Source: Alphaproteobacteria bacterium
GTDB lineage: Bacteria > Pseudomonadota > Alphaproteobacteria > UBA8317
Direction: 5' to 3'
Length of the DNA: 64,000 nt
NCBI GenBank assembly: GCA_038131935.1
Contig: JAYPQH010000032.1
Location: 96,001 to 160,000, forward strand
Shown: positions 44,333-54,670 of the stretch, piece after piece
Layout: each line of letters begins with the position of its first letter
Numbering within the stretch: the stretch's first letter is position 1
Position numbers and translations under genes: made by a program
The notes under the pieces: generated by a model
Seen by the model: only the letters and a program-made list of their open reading frames with translations
Told to the model about the DNA's origin: nothing
Databases searched by the model: none

Positions 44333-46116
44333 ATGACAATATGGATTTTATACTTGCCGATATTCTCTCACATACCCATACCATCGCAATGGTTGGGGCT
44401 TCGTCAAATTGGAAAAGACCCAGTTATTTTGTGATGAAATATCTTTTAGAGCAAGGATATCAGGTCATTCCTGTGAACCCAACGCTACAAGGTCAGGATA
44501 TTCTTGGTCAAACAGTTTATGGTTCATTGCATGATATACCTTTTCCTGTGGATATGGTTGATGTCTTTCGCCGCGTTGAGGAATGTCCACAGATTGCACG
44601 AGATGCTGTTGCGATAGGCGCTAAAATTTTGTGGTTACAACAAAAAATTATTTCTAATGAAGCAGATATGATTGCTACGGACGCTGGCTTACGGGTCATC
44701 ATGGACCGCTGCCCCAAAATCGAGCATTCTCGTCTCAATGGTCTTCTTGGTATCCATGGTTTTCATTCAGGTGTGATGACGGCGCGTCGTCGCTCAGCTC
44801 CTACGAGCAAACCAGCACCGCGTGATGGCGGGTTGTTCAAAAGTCAGCAGCTGCAAACACTTGCAATTCATGCAGGAACAGCGCCAGATCCAGCTACTGG
44901 CGCACGCATTACACCCATTTATCAAACAACCGCATTTGTGTTTGATGATGCAGAACATGCAGCTGGTTTATTTAACCTGCAAACACCTGGAAATATCTAT
45001 GGCCGTTTATCCAATCCAACCACGGCAGCCTTAGAACAGAAGCTAGCCGCACTTGAAGGTGGATTGGGAGCAACCTGTTGTGCATCAGGCCATGCTGCAC
45101 AACTTCTCGCTCTGTTTCCTCTCATGCAACCCGGTCATCGTATCATCGCTTCTACCCGGTTATATGGGGGAACGGTCACGCAGTTTTCGAAAACATTCCA
45201 ACGTTTTGGGTGGCATGTTGATTTCGTCGACACAGACGATATTGATGCCGTAAGAGTTGCATTGGCTCACGAAGACGCAAGGGTACTTTTTGCCGAGAGT
45301 TTGGCCAACCCCGGTGGTATCGTCACAGATATTGAGGCTCTTTCAAAATGCGCTAAAGAATTTGGTGTACCTCTGATTATTGATTCAACAATGGCCACAC
45401 CAATTTTATGTCGCCCAATAGACTACGGGGCAGACATTGTCGTGCATTCAACCACAAAATTCTTATCCGGCCATGGTCAAGCCATGGGCGGTGTGGTTAT
45501 TGATAGTGGCCGATTTGATTGGTCATCTGGACGTGGTTTTCCAGCATTAACAGAGCCGGAGCCAGCATATCATGGCATCAGTTTTTTTGAGACATTTGGC
45601 CCTCTTAGCTTCACAAATTATGCCCACGCCGTAGGATTACGTGATCTAGGTCCAACCATGGCACCCATGAACGCCTTTTTAACGCTAACGGGTTTAGAAA
45701 CACTTGCCTTGCGCATGCCCGCTCATGTGGCCAACGCTTACAAGATTGCTTTATTTCTAGATAATCATCCCAAGGTTGAAACTGTCACCTATGCAAAACT
45801 TACGACAAGTCCTTGGTTTAAAAATGCCGAGAAATACATGCCAGAAGGCCCAGGTTCGGTTTTCACCTTTTGCATCAAGGGTCATTACGAGGACGGCGCA
45901 AAATTGGTGGCTCATTGTAATCTATTCAGTCACCTTGCAAATATCGGGGATACCCGTTCGCTTATCTTACATCCAGCCTCAACCACGCACCGTCAATTGA
46001 CAGAGCAACAGCGTCAAGCTGCAGGTATAGAGGAGAATATGCTTCGCCTTTCCATAGGGTTGGAACATGCTGATGACCTTATTTATGATCTCGAACAGGC
46101 CCTTGCCGTGATCTGA
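44329..46116 (+). CDS. metY: CoA-binding (YccU-like) domain fused to O-acetylhomoserine sulfhydrylase
   Basis: N: AMVGAS...PVNP...DMVDVFR...MDRCPKIE; C: TPIYQT, YGRLSNPT, HSTTKF, HPASTTHRQL, RLSIGLE. Confidence 0.9.
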   Translation: MNDNMDFILADILSHTHTIAMVGASSNWKRPSYFVMKYLLEQGYQVIPVNPTLQGQDILGQTVYGSLHDIPFPVDMVDVFRRVEECPQIARDAVAIGAKILWLQQKIISNEADMIATDAGLRVIMDRCPKIEHSRLNGLLGIHGFHSGVMTARRRSAPTSKPAPRDGGLFKSQQLQTLAIHAGTAPDPATGARITPIYQTTAFVFDDAEHAAGLFNLQTPGNIYGRLSNPTTAALEQKLAALEGGLGATCCASGHAAQLLALFPLMQPGHRIIASTRLYGGTVTQFSKTFQRFGWHVDFVDTDDIDAVRVALAHEDARVLFAESLANPGGIVTDIEALSKCAKEFGVPLIIDSTMATPILCRPIDYGADIVVHSTTKFLSGHGQAMGGVVIDSGRFDWSSGRGFPALTEPEPAYHGISFFETFGPLSFTNYAHAVGLRDLGPTMAPMNAFLTLTGLETLALRMPAHVANAYKIALFLDNHPKVETVTYAKLTTSPWFKNAEKYMPEGPGSVFTFCIKGHYEDGAKLVAHCNLFSHLANIGDTRSLILHPASTTHRQLTEQQRQAAGIEENMLRLSIGLEHADDLIYDLEQALAVI

Positions 46117-46143
46117 CGTGATAAACAAAACAGAGGGAATTCA

Positions 46144-46839
46144 ATGCTCACAAACCTTTTTGATCACGTGGTGATATTGGGTGCAGGTGGTGGTATAGGG
46201 TCAGCTTTGGCGACATGGCACAAAGAACGTGGATCAAACGACCAAAAGCTCTCACTTTTTTCGCGTAAAACTGGTTTTGATATCACTTCAGATCATACCG
46301 TTTCACAAATGGCTAAGCACATTGGGCCACCACACCCAGCAAGCCTGATTATCAATGCAACAGGCTTTCTGCATAATGATGAATTTCAACCAGAAAAATC
46401 GCTCCGGCAGCTTGAAAAGGACGCATTAATCCATGCCTTTTTGATCAACGCAGTTGGCCCAGGACTCCTCATGAAACATGTTGCTCGCGTGATGCCACGC
46501 CAACATGCTTGGACATTTGTAACATTGTCTGCTCGTGTGGGAAGTATATCTGATAACGAATTAGGAGGATGGTATTCTTACAGGACTTCTAAGGCGGCCC
46601 ATAATCAATTATTAAAAACAGCGAGCATTGAAATTCGCAGAACCCATCCAAACGCCATTTTGGTCGCCATGCATCCTGGAACCGTTGCTACAAAATTATC
46701 TCAACCGTTTTCAAAAACTGGATTAGATGTTCGCCAACCATCTAAAGCTGCCAACGATATTATGAAGGTCATCACAAATCTGAAAACAACAGACCATGGA
46801 ACTTTTATTGACCATAAAGGCATGCCTATCGCGTGGTGA
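46144..46839 (+). CDS. SDR oxidoreductase (CsgA/C-factor-like)
   Basis: GAGGGIG, SARVGSISDN, WYSYRTSK, HPGTV. Confidence 0.92.
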   Translation: MLTNLFDHVVILGAGGGIGSALATWHKERGSNDQKLSLFSRKTGFDITSDHTVSQMAKHIGPPHPASLIINATGFLHNDEFQPEKSLRQLEKDALIHAFLINAVGPGLLMKHVARVMPRQHAWTFVTLSARVGSISDNELGGWYSYRTSKAAHNQLLKTASIEIRRTHPNAILVAMHPGTVATKLSQPFSKTGLDVRQPSKAANDIMKVITNLKTTDHGTFIDHKGMPIAW

Positions 46840-46850
46840 ACAAGAAACCT

Positions 46851-48077
46851 TCAATGACTGCTGCGCATATGTATTTCATTCGTGGGACGAAGCCAAAGAA
46901 GATATACGAGCGCAGCCGCACTCATGACAGCCAAGGCAACCATCACCAGCATCAAAACATGGCCGCCCATCGCATACAAGAAGCCTCCCAGACTTGGACC
47001 TAAGGCAGCACCAATGGCTTTTGGTGCTGTAATAATACCTTTGGCTCGTCCATAAACTTCCGCACGGAAATACAAATTTGTAATAAACCCAAATGATACC
47101 GTCAAAATACCATGCCCCATTCCAAAAATCATCATGGCCAGAATAGCAAATACCAATGATGGTATTTGTACCAACATAAGTGCAACGGGTATCAAACATG
47201 ATGCAACAACAGCTGTAACACGAGCATCAAAACGATGACCAAATTTCATTTCAATTACCCTGCCAACCACCTGAAATGGGCCATAAATGGACGCAAGGTA
47301 GATTGCCAACATGGGATCGTGATATTGCCCCTCGAACCAAGTAATCCACATCAAGGTGGTTGAAGCGAACAGCAAATATTCAAAGCATCCTGTGGATGCT
47401 AGCGCTACCAAAGCCTGTTTTTCTTGTCTTGTAAGACCTCGCCAAGAAAATGGAAGTGATTGCTTTTCATTCTTTCCTTGAGAAGGTTGGAACCCTCTTG
47501 CGTGAGATCCAACAACAATACCACAGCAAAGTAAAATAACCGAAATAACCCAAAAAGTCCCTGTCAGACCAACAGCTAACATCAAAGGACCAATAGCCAT
47601 CCAGGTTATAGAACTTGCCACGCCGCCATAAAAAGTAATGACAGAAATATGTTTTCGAGATCCCGCTTCATCCAGTTGTACAGCTGCACCAAATGCGATT
47701 TCATAGGTGCACATGGCATAACCAAATCCAACAATCATGAGACCAGAACATAAAACAAAAAAATGCTCAGACAATCCTACGATCAACATTCCTGCTGATC
47801 CTAAAAAAAATCCCCACCGCATGACATTCAAGGCACCAAATCTATCTACCCATCGACCAATAACGGGAGCCAAAAGAGCCTGAAGAACCATCGCAACACT
47901 GATAGCAGCTAAGATGTCAGATGATGAAACAGCGTGTTTTTCTGCAAGTGGGATTTTTAGCTGTGCAAAAGCGTAAAACAACAAACCATAAGCGCAAATT
48001 TGCGAAATACCCAATGTATGAACAGGAACAATATTTCTATCTTCAGTTAAGCCTTGGGCACCGTCACCACGGCTCAT
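46851..48077 (-). CDS. MFS transporter
   Basis: About 12 hydrophobic segments; GRWVDRFG motif A. Confidence 0.88.
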   Translation of the reverse strand: MSRGDGAQGLTEDRNIVPVHTLGISQICAYGLLFYAFAQLKIPLAEKHAVSSSDILAAISVAMVLQALLAPVIGRWVDRFGALNVMRWGFFLGSAGMLIVGLSEHFFVLCSGLMIVGFGYAMCTYEIAFGAAVQLDEAGSRKHISVITFYGGVASSITWMAIGPLMLAVGLTGTFWVISVILLCCGIVVGSHARGFQPSQGKNEKQSLPFSWRGLTRQEKQALVALASTGCFEYLLFASTTLMWITWFEGQYHDPMLAIYLASIYGPFQVVGRVIEMKFGHRFDARVTAVVASCLIPVALMLVQIPSLVFAILAMMIFGMGHGILTVSFGFITNLYFRAEVYGRAKGIITAPKAIGAALGPSLGGFLYAMGGHVLMLVMVALAVMSAAALVYLLWLRPTNEIHMRSSH

Positions 48078-48700
48078 TCTGAGCGTTCCAAGTATTTGTC
48101 TATAAAGGCTTCGATATTCATTTTACGTATATCCACAAGCGCAGACCTTAGTTTCATATGATCCCAATTCCAAATTGCTAACTGAAGCAAATCATCCTCT
48201 TGCTTTTGTGTAAAGCGTCTACGAATGGGTGCAGCTGGTACACCACCAACAATTGTGTAGTTTGGAACATCTTTACTCACCACGGCCCCTGCCGCAACAA
48301 CACTGCCATGTCCTATGGTCACACCAGGAAGCACGACCACCCCATGCCCTATCCACACATCATGGCCAATAGAAACATTCTGCCGTTTTCGCCATGCAAA
48401 AAACGCAATATCATCCTCACCCAAATCATAATTTTCTGACCGATAAGATAAATGATGTTGCGTCACGCGCCATGTAGGGTGATTGCCCGGGTTAATCCGT
48501 ACATTTCTGGCGATGGAACATAACTTTCCAATTTTACTGTCAACCACATCACCATATTCAACGATGTAGGAATAATCTCCCATCGTTGTTCGAGACATAG
48601 TTGTGTAAGCCCCTACCTCTGTCCAAGCTCCAAGCGTGCAATCAGACAATTTGGCTGTTGGATGTATAAAGGGCGTTTCACTCAGCTTTTGATCGGCCAC
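48074..48700 (-). CDS. Phosphonate-cluster hexapeptide-repeat acetyltransferase
   Basis: [29 protein letters not shown]. Confidence 0.9.
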   Translation of the reverse strand: MADQKLSETPFIHPTAKLSDCTLGAWTEVGAYTTMSRTTMGDYSYIVEYGDVVDSKIGKLCSIARNVRINPGNHPTWRVTQHHLSYRSENYDLGEDDIAFFAWRKRQNVSIGHDVWIGHGVVVLPGVTIGHGSVVAAGAVVSKDVPNYTIVGGVPAAPIRRRFTQKQEDDLLQLAIWNWDHMKLRSALVDIRKMNIEAFIDKYLERSE

Positions 48701-49223
48701 GACGCATAAACCAAACAACAAGAAGAACAAGAAGCAAAACGGCAGCACCAACAATCATCATTCCCATGGAATCCTGATCTTCAATTGAGTCTTGCTGATC
48801 ACCCTGAGCAGAAGACGAACTTTCATCTGCATTGTTTTTCTGCACTGACAAGCTGGCATCTTGGCCAAATTTTTCGGTTACACCATCACGCGCAAAAGCA
48901 TAAGCAGCCTCAAGCTTCGCTGTGGCTTCTTCCATTTTACCTTGTCCGCATAAAGCAAAGCCCTCATCAACCATTTGCACGGCTTGTTTCTGTGCATCAT
49001 CCGTCGTTCGCGCCAATTCAACGCGAACCCGAGCGCGCAATGTAATCAATCCAATATCGTCACATTGATCGATCAACTTTTGAAATGATTCTTGAGCATT
49101 TGTACTGGCCTCGTTTCCAGCTTGCATCTCTTGATTGGCGGAGCCAACATTCGATGATTGAGCATAAACTGTGGTTGTTGCGAAAATAAGCCCCAAAAAA
49201 CACAACACAATTGCCTTAAACAT
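48678..49223 (-). CDS. Hypothetical exported protein with C-terminal membrane anchor
   Basis: Signal peptide (VYA-Q), two Cys, S/Q/D linker, TM helix, RRGRSK tail. Confidence 0.75.
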   Translation of the reverse strand: MFKAIVLCFLGLIFATTTVYAQSSNVGSANQEMQAGNEASTNAQESFQKLIDQCDDIGLITLRARVRVELARTTDDAQKQAVQMVDEGFALCGQGKMEEATAKLEAAYAFARDGVTEKFGQDASLSVQKNNADESSSSAQGDQQDSIEDQDSMGMMIVGAAVLLLVLLVVWFMRRGRSKAE

Positions 49224-49240
49224 GAAAAACATCCCTTCTA

Positions 49241-50605
49241 TTAATGATCATACTTTATGAGTGCACGGCGCAAATATCCTGAAATGGCATCGATGATGAT
49301 AACCAGGATCAAAACAAGCAAAGATAAATAAGCAACATTTTCGAAGTCACTTCCTGTCTGCAGTGCACTCAAAAACAATGTTCCAATTCCCCCAGCACCC
49401 ATAGCACCGATAATGACGGCGGAACGGGTATTAGACTCAAAATAATACAACGATTGCGATATAAAGACTGGGAGGATTTGTGGAATGATACCAAAACGAT
49501 GCTGTTGCAATCGAGATGCACCTGTTGCACGCACACCCTCAACATCTTTTTTGTTTGCATTTTCAATTGCTTCCGACATCAATTTGCCCAAGGTGCCTGT
49601 ATCTGTCAGACCAATTGCGAAAATTCCTGTAAATAAGCCAGGGCCAAATGCACGTAGGAATATCAAGGACCAAATCAGCATATCGATCCCCCTGAAAAGA
49701 TCGAAGGTCCGGCGGGAGACAAAACGAAGCCACGCAAAAGGTGCAACATTTTTCGCGGCTAGAAAGGCAAGTGGCAACCCTAGAAAGGATGCGAATGCTG
49801 TGCCCAAAATTGCCATCATCAACGTTTCAAGCAACGCAAAAAACACTTTGCCATGCAACCACATTTCATTATTCACAAATTCATCCCAAACCAGATCCGC
49901 ATTGCTACGATCTGTAACCACTCTCGTGTCTGAAAAAAGCAGATTGATTGCCGTTAATGGATTCATACCAACCAGTGGGCTATGAAAATCAAACCAGAAA
50001 TAAGCCCAACCAAATTCATATCGATGAATTTCGATTTTACGGCCATACACTTGGACGCGTTTGAACACAGATGGTCTAATTTCAACTTTCGATTCTGTGA
50101 CACGTATCCAATCTGGTAACTCGTCTAAGCGGTCTTGATACCCAACAACATAAGGTTTCTTTTTGTCATTAATAGCGACTTCAAATTGATTTAGACCTTC
50201 ACCAAAGCCTTGAATAATTACACGATCTAACTGCTTCTCCACAAAGGATCCATCAGTAAATGTCACCCTCGAGGAAGAGTTATCTCTACCTTGTCCCACC
50301 CAACCGGGAGGTTCATCATAGGTGTAAAAAGAGCTTCCTTCGAATCGCACTTGAACAAAATTTGGGTCTTCCCAACTATAATTCACATGATTTTTATAGG
50401 CGATCAAATCTACCGCAAACAGCGCCGCTCTGTTGGGATCCCATCGACGCATAACACCTGGCAGATCAAATAATGAGAGGGCAAAGCCGATATAGATCAA
50501 GATGATCGCGACAGTCCCACCGGCTATCATCCTTCCGCGACGAACATGTGCAAAAATATCAGCGTATTTTTCAAGATGAGAAGTTTTAGAGACCTGTTCC
50601 ATCAC
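49241..50605 (-). CDS. phnE: Phosphonate ABC permease (long form)
   Basis: GTLGKLMSEAIEN, FESNTRSA, GAGGIG. Confidence 0.93.
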   Translation of the reverse strand: MMEQVSKTSHLEKYADIFAHVRRGRMIAGGTVAIILIYIGFALSLFDLPGVMRRWDPNRAALFAVDLIAYKNHVNYSWEDPNFVQVRFEGSSFYTYDEPPGWVGQGRDNSSSRVTFTDGSFVEKQLDRVIIQGFGEGLNQFEVAINDKKKPYVVGYQDRLDELPDWIRVTESKVEIRPSVFKRVQVYGRKIEIHRYEFGWAYFWFDFHSPLVGMNPLTAINLLFSDTRVVTDRSNADLVWDEFVNNEMWLHGKVFFALLETLMMAILGTAFASFLGLPLAFLAAKNVAPFAWLRFVSRRTFDLFRGIDMLIWSLIFLRAFGPGLFTGIFAIGLTDTGTLGKLMSEAIENANKKDVEGVRATGASRLQQHRFGIIPQILPVFISQSLYYFESNTRSAVIIGAMGAGGIGTLFLSALQTGSDFENVAYLSLLVLILVIIIDAISGYLRRALIKYDH

Positions 50606-51450
50606 TGATCTCCAATCAAATGTCCGCGCACATATCGCGAAAGATAATCCAATGAGGTAATGGTCGCCACAAGAAGGAACATGATGGCAAAAACATCATC
50701 ACCATAGCGCCATTGAATAACTGTAGACAGGGCCTCACCAATACCCCCAGCCCCAACAAATCCAAGAATTGTAGAGGCGCGAACATTAATTTCAGTGCGC
50801 AATAGCCCATAAGAAAAAAACAAAGGTAACACCTGTGGAATAACCGCGTAACGAACCTTTTGCAGCCATGATCCACCAACAGAAGTTAAACCCTCAATGG
50901 GTTTGTCATCTATATTTTCTATGGCCTCTGAGAATAATTTGCCTAACGCTCCAGCGGTATGTATTGTGATGGCAATGACCGCTGGCAGAAGCGACCTTCC
51001 CATGAGAAACAGCAGGATCATCGCAATAACCAATTCGGGAAACGAGCGGCAAATATCCATAAATCTGCGCACAATGAGCACAATATAAGCATTGTCATTA
51101 ATGTTACGACTGCCCAGAACACCCAAAATAACTGCAAAGAAAAAACCCAGACCCGTTGAAAACACGGCCATGTTAATGGTCTGTAACAAAAGAGGGATAT
51201 AGGATACGACTGTTTCTGGCCAACCCCATCCCGCAGCCCATGCTTGGACGAACAAATCAGCTGGATAATCAAAGAAATTATCAATCCCACGGGCGAAGCT
51301 TCCGGCATTGTTCTGCTCAGCCATCACAAACCCAATTACCATCATTCCAATGATAAAAATAAGGAATCCAATGGTGTAGAAAAAACGAGCACGCGCCAAT
51401 TCATCGAGACGCTTTTCGATAAGCGTAAACTTCTCGTTCGTCACTTCCAT
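50602..51450 (-). CDS. phnE: Phosphonate ABC permease
   Basis: GALGKLFSEAIEN, EINVRASTILGFVGAGGIG. Confidence 0.95.
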   Translation of the reverse strand: MEVTNEKFTLIEKRLDELARARFFYTIGFLIFIIGMMVIGFVMAEQNNAGSFARGIDNFFDYPADLFVQAWAAGWGWPETVVSYIPLLLQTINMAVFSTGLGFFFAVILGVLGSRNINDNAYIVLIVRRFMDICRSFPELVIAMILLFLMGRSLLPAVIAITIHTAGALGKLFSEAIENIDDKPIEGLTSVGGSWLQKVRYAVIPQVLPLFFSYGLLRTEINVRASTILGFVGAGGIGEALSTVIQWRYGDDVFAIMFLLVATITSLDYLSRYVRGHLIGDQ

Positions 51451-51486
51451 CACTATGGTGCTTTCTAAAATGAAGAGAAAATTAAA

Positions 51487-51524
51487 AAGCATATGGGGAC
51501 ATGTTTTATCGCCCCCATATGCTT
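51487..51524 (-). terminator. Stem-loop after phnD
   Basis: 12-bp inverted repeat AAGCATATGGGG/CCCCATATGCTT followed by T-rich run on minus strand. Confidence 0.7.
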
Positions 51525-51531
51525 AGAATTG

Positions 51532-52485
51532 TTAGCCTTTTTTCTTGGCTTCAATCTTTGCCTTGCGAGCCTTCACAATGCCTTCATAGAAGGAATGGTC
51601 AACAGGCACCCACGCCTTAACAATACCATTGGCTACTTTTTCACCACATGCAGGATCGTTTTTATGAATCCACTGCTTGAGAGAGACCATAACGTCCTTT
51701 GCTTCTTGTGGAAGAGCTTTGCGAAGCACGATTGGACCGTTAGGAATCAACTTTGACGACCAAATCTGAACGAGATCATCCATGTTCAAGATACCCTTAT
51801 CCACCATGCGACGAAGGTTGCCAGAGGTATATCCCTCGGTCCACTCACCAACACCAGATACCCATGTTACAGCCGCGTCAACATCTTTGTTGAGAACGCC
51901 AAGAACACCATTTTCATGACCACCCATGAACTGGGTCTTTGCAAAATAAGAATCCAACTGACCAAATTTTTCAGCAAGCTCAATTGATGGGACTAGGAAG
52001 CCAGATGTTGAGTTTGGATCAGCAAACCCCAAGCTCTTACCCTTCATATCTTCCAATGTTTTGATGCCTGAATCCTTGCGTGCAACCATGACAGAGTAAT
52101 AACCCATGTCACCAGTTGGCTGCATACGGGTCAAAACAGGCTCACCAGCTTCTGGGTTTGCAAGATAAACACCTGCATAACCAGATGAACCAAACCAAGT
52201 GTAATCAAGGTTACCACCCACGAATGCTTCCATGGTACCAGCATAGTCTTTGAACGTAAAAAACTTTACAGGGACGTTGTACGCAGCTTCAACATAAGGA
52301 ATCATGCAAGAGTTGTTAGCAATGATGTCCGCGGCAGCTTCGTCACCCAAAAAACCCATACGGAATTCTGGCTGAACAGTGCTTAAGTCCATTTTCTTTC
52401 CGGTATATTCTTTTGAAGAATGACCGCCAGCAACAGCAACACCAGCAACAGCGAGTGTAGCAAGAACAGGTAAAAATTTATTCAT
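51532..52485 (-). CDS. phnD: Phosphonate ABC substrate-binding protein
   Basis: DYAG, GYYSV, ADPNSTSGFLVP, GGHE, IPNGP. Confidence 0.95.
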   Translation of the reverse strand: MNKFLPVLATLAVAGVAVAGGHSSKEYTGKKMDLSTVQPEFRMGFLGDEAAADIIANNSCMIPYVEAAYNVPVKFFTFKDYAGTMEAFVGGNLDYTWFGSSGYAGVYLANPEAGEPVLTRMQPTGDMGYYSVMVARKDSGIKTLEDMKGKSLGFADPNSTSGFLVPSIELAEKFGQLDSYFAKTQFMGGHENGVLGVLNKDVDAAVTWVSGVGEWTEGYTSGNLRRMVDKGILNMDDLVQIWSSKLIPNGPIVLRKALPQEAKDVMVSLKQWIHKNDPACGEKVANGIVKAWVPVDHSFYEGIVKARKAKIEAKKKG

Positions 52486-52524
52486 TATGAAATCTCCAAG
52501 TGAGGCATAAAATTGCATCAACAA

Positions 52525-53334
52525 CTACGAAGCTATCGTTAATTCAGGCGTTAACTTTTCAAGCGCAGTTGAAGTAACTGTTGGCGTAAAGGCATCATCA
52601 GCCTCCACACCATAAATCTCCCGAGCCAAATCATCAGATAAGTCGCTCGGGATTCCGTCAAACACGACCTGCCCTAACCGCATCCCAATAATGCGATCGC
52701 AGTAGGTTCGTGCTGTGTCCAAGGTGTGCAAGTTACACATAACCATTAAGCCATCGTTGCGTTGGATTGAATAAAGAGATTCCATCACAAGTTTGGCGTT
52801 AAGAGGATCAAGAGAGGCAATGGGTTCATCAGCGAGCAATAACTTTGGTTCCTGCATCATCGCCCTGCATATTGCGACACGCTGTTGTTGGCCACCAGAG
52901 AGGGTTTCAGATCTCTGTAAAGCCGTTTGGTCCATTCCGAAGCGCTCAAGCAATTCTAGAGCTCGTAATCTTTCTTCTTTCGTGAAGAACTTCAATAACG
53001 AACGAAGCTCAGATTGATGGTTTAAGTTACCGAGGATAACATTTGTTAACACATCCAACCGCGGCACGAGATTGAATTGCTGAAAAATCATCGCACAATC
53101 TTTGTGCCAGTCACGTTTTTGTTTACCACGAAATGAGAGAACATTCTGACCGTTGAAAAGTATCTCACCACTGCTTGCGTCGGACAAACGATTAATCGTT
53201 CGAAGTAATGTTGACTTACCCGCACCAGAGCGGCCGATGATTCCAACCATTGCAGGTTCATCAAAATCAAGTGTTACGTTTGCAAGAGCGGTAACTTTAC
53301 CAAAATTTTTGGATAGATTTGAAATCTTGAGCAT
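52525..53334 (-). CDS. phnC: Phosphonate ABC ATPase
   Basis: GRSGAGKST, IFQQFNLV, LSGGQQQRV, ADEPIASLDP. Confidence 0.96.
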   Translation of the reverse strand: MLKISNLSKNFGKVTALANVTLDFDEPAMVGIIGRSGAGKSTLLRTINRLSDASSGEILFNGQNVLSFRGKQKRDWHKDCAMIFQQFNLVPRLDVLTNVILGNLNHQSELRSLLKFFTKEERLRALELLERFGMDQTALQRSETLSGGQQQRVAICRAMMQEPKLLLADEPIASLDPLNAKLVMESLYSIQRNDGLMVMCNLHTLDTARTYCDRIIGMRLGQVVFDGIPSDLSDDLAREIYGVEADDAFTPTVTSTALEKLTPELTIAS

Positions 53335-53379
53335 ATATGGATCCTACATCTTCTATACAGGGCCCATTACGCGAGAATT

Positions 53380-53397
53380 GTGACAGTTTTATAAAAC
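53380..53397 (-). promoter_or_regulatory. Pho box upstream of phnC
   Basis: Minus strand GTTTTAT-AAAA-CTGTCAC, 15/18 match to CTGTCATAAAACTGTCAC. Confidence 0.65.
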
Positions 53398-53423
53398 AAT
53401 GAAAATATTTTGTATAATTTATA

Positions 53424-54133
53424 TTATTTGGGGGTATCAAAAACGAGGTTTACCCGAGTACCAACGAACCAACTTTGTCCATACTCGATTGGGACATCGT
53501 CTTGTATCACATTTAAAGCTGTAGAACATAACAACGCATCCCCACGGAGCATTGAAGCAGGCCTGCCAAAATAACACTTGCTGGTTCCGCAGTAATTTTG
53601 GTTGAGAAACGTGAATAATCACCAAAACCACAGCTTTTCATGGCTTCTGTTACAGACCCTGTTACCTCTAAAACATCGCGAACGTCACCTGTACGCTCTA
53701 AAGGTAAAAATGACCGCCGAAACAGTATAGGAACATTGTCTGCATACCCCACCCCTTCAAGAAGAATAACTGGATCACCAACATTGATCTTAAGGAATTC
53801 TGCTTCAGGCCCGGATTTTAGTCTTTCAAGCCTGATAACACGGGCACTAGGTTGATGGCCTGCGATTGAAACATTTTCTGAGAACCTCGTTCGATTACTT
53901 ATATGGTACGGCGTCACAGGCATATTCACAAAAATACCGCTGCCACGACGAGACGAAATTAAGCCTTCATCACGCAAAACCGCCAATGCACGACGAACGG
54001 TATGTCTATTGACCCCAAATCTACGCGCTAACAACTCCTCCGAATCAAGTCGTTGTCCGGGCTGGTAGCGCCCCCCTACCACATCGTTACGTAATTCTTC
54101 TGCAATGGCCATCCATCGAAAAATTTTTTGCAT
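53424..54133 (-). CDS. phnF: GntR/HutC-family phosphonate regulator (frameshift near 53540)
   Basis: LARRFGVNRHTVRRAL, RTRFSEN; corrected C-terminus PIEYGQSWFVGTRV. Confidence 0.93.
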
Positions 54134-54192
54134 AGCTAAAATTTCTTTTGCCAAAATCTGTTGAAAAATGAAAAACACATCATTAGTAATAA

Positions 54193-54211
54193 GTATAGTT
54201 GTATAGTATAA
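54193..54211. promoter_or_regulatory. Candidate PhnF operator
   Basis: GTATAG-TT-GTATAGTATAA repeats between divergent phnF and phnG; resembles HutC-subfamily GTnTAnAC core. Confidence 0.45.
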
Positions 54212-54220
54212 GGTTCGCAC

Positions 54221-54670
54221 ATGACACAACATAACGACAATATGCGGCAATGGTGGCTTTCTACACTCGCTTGTGCAAATTGTGAATTGTTATATGAGTT
54301 ACTCTCAGATGTAGAGCTACCCAACACAGCAAAAGTGATCAGAGCCCCAGAATTAGGTACCGTCATGGTCCAAGGTCGTGTTGGTGGCGACGGTGCAGGA
54401 TTTCACTTTGGCGAGATGACCATCACAAGGTGCTCTGTGGCGCTCGACGATCAGATTACGGGCCATGGATATATACAAGGAAGAGATAAAAAAGCCTCTC
54501 ATACCATCGCGTTGTTGGATGCCCTGTTACAAACGGAGCGGCAACAAGAAATTCTTCAAAAAGTTATTTATCCCCTCGTTGAGCATCAAAAGAACTTTGA
54601 AAAAGGCGTCCAAGAAAAAGCAGCTGCGACCAAAGTGGAGTTTTTCACAATGGCAAGAGGGGAAGATTAA
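54221..54670 (+). CDS. phnG: C-P lyase subunit PhnG
   Basis: RAPELGTVMVQGR, GEMTITRC, TKVEFFTMARGED. Confidence 0.96.
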   Translation: MTQHNDNMRQWWLSTLACANCELLYELLSDVELPNTAKVIRAPELGTVMVQGRVGGDGAGFHFGEMTITRCSVALDDQITGHGYIQGRDKKASHTIALLDALLQTERQQEILQKVIYPLVEHQKNFEKGVQEKAAATKVEFFTMARGED

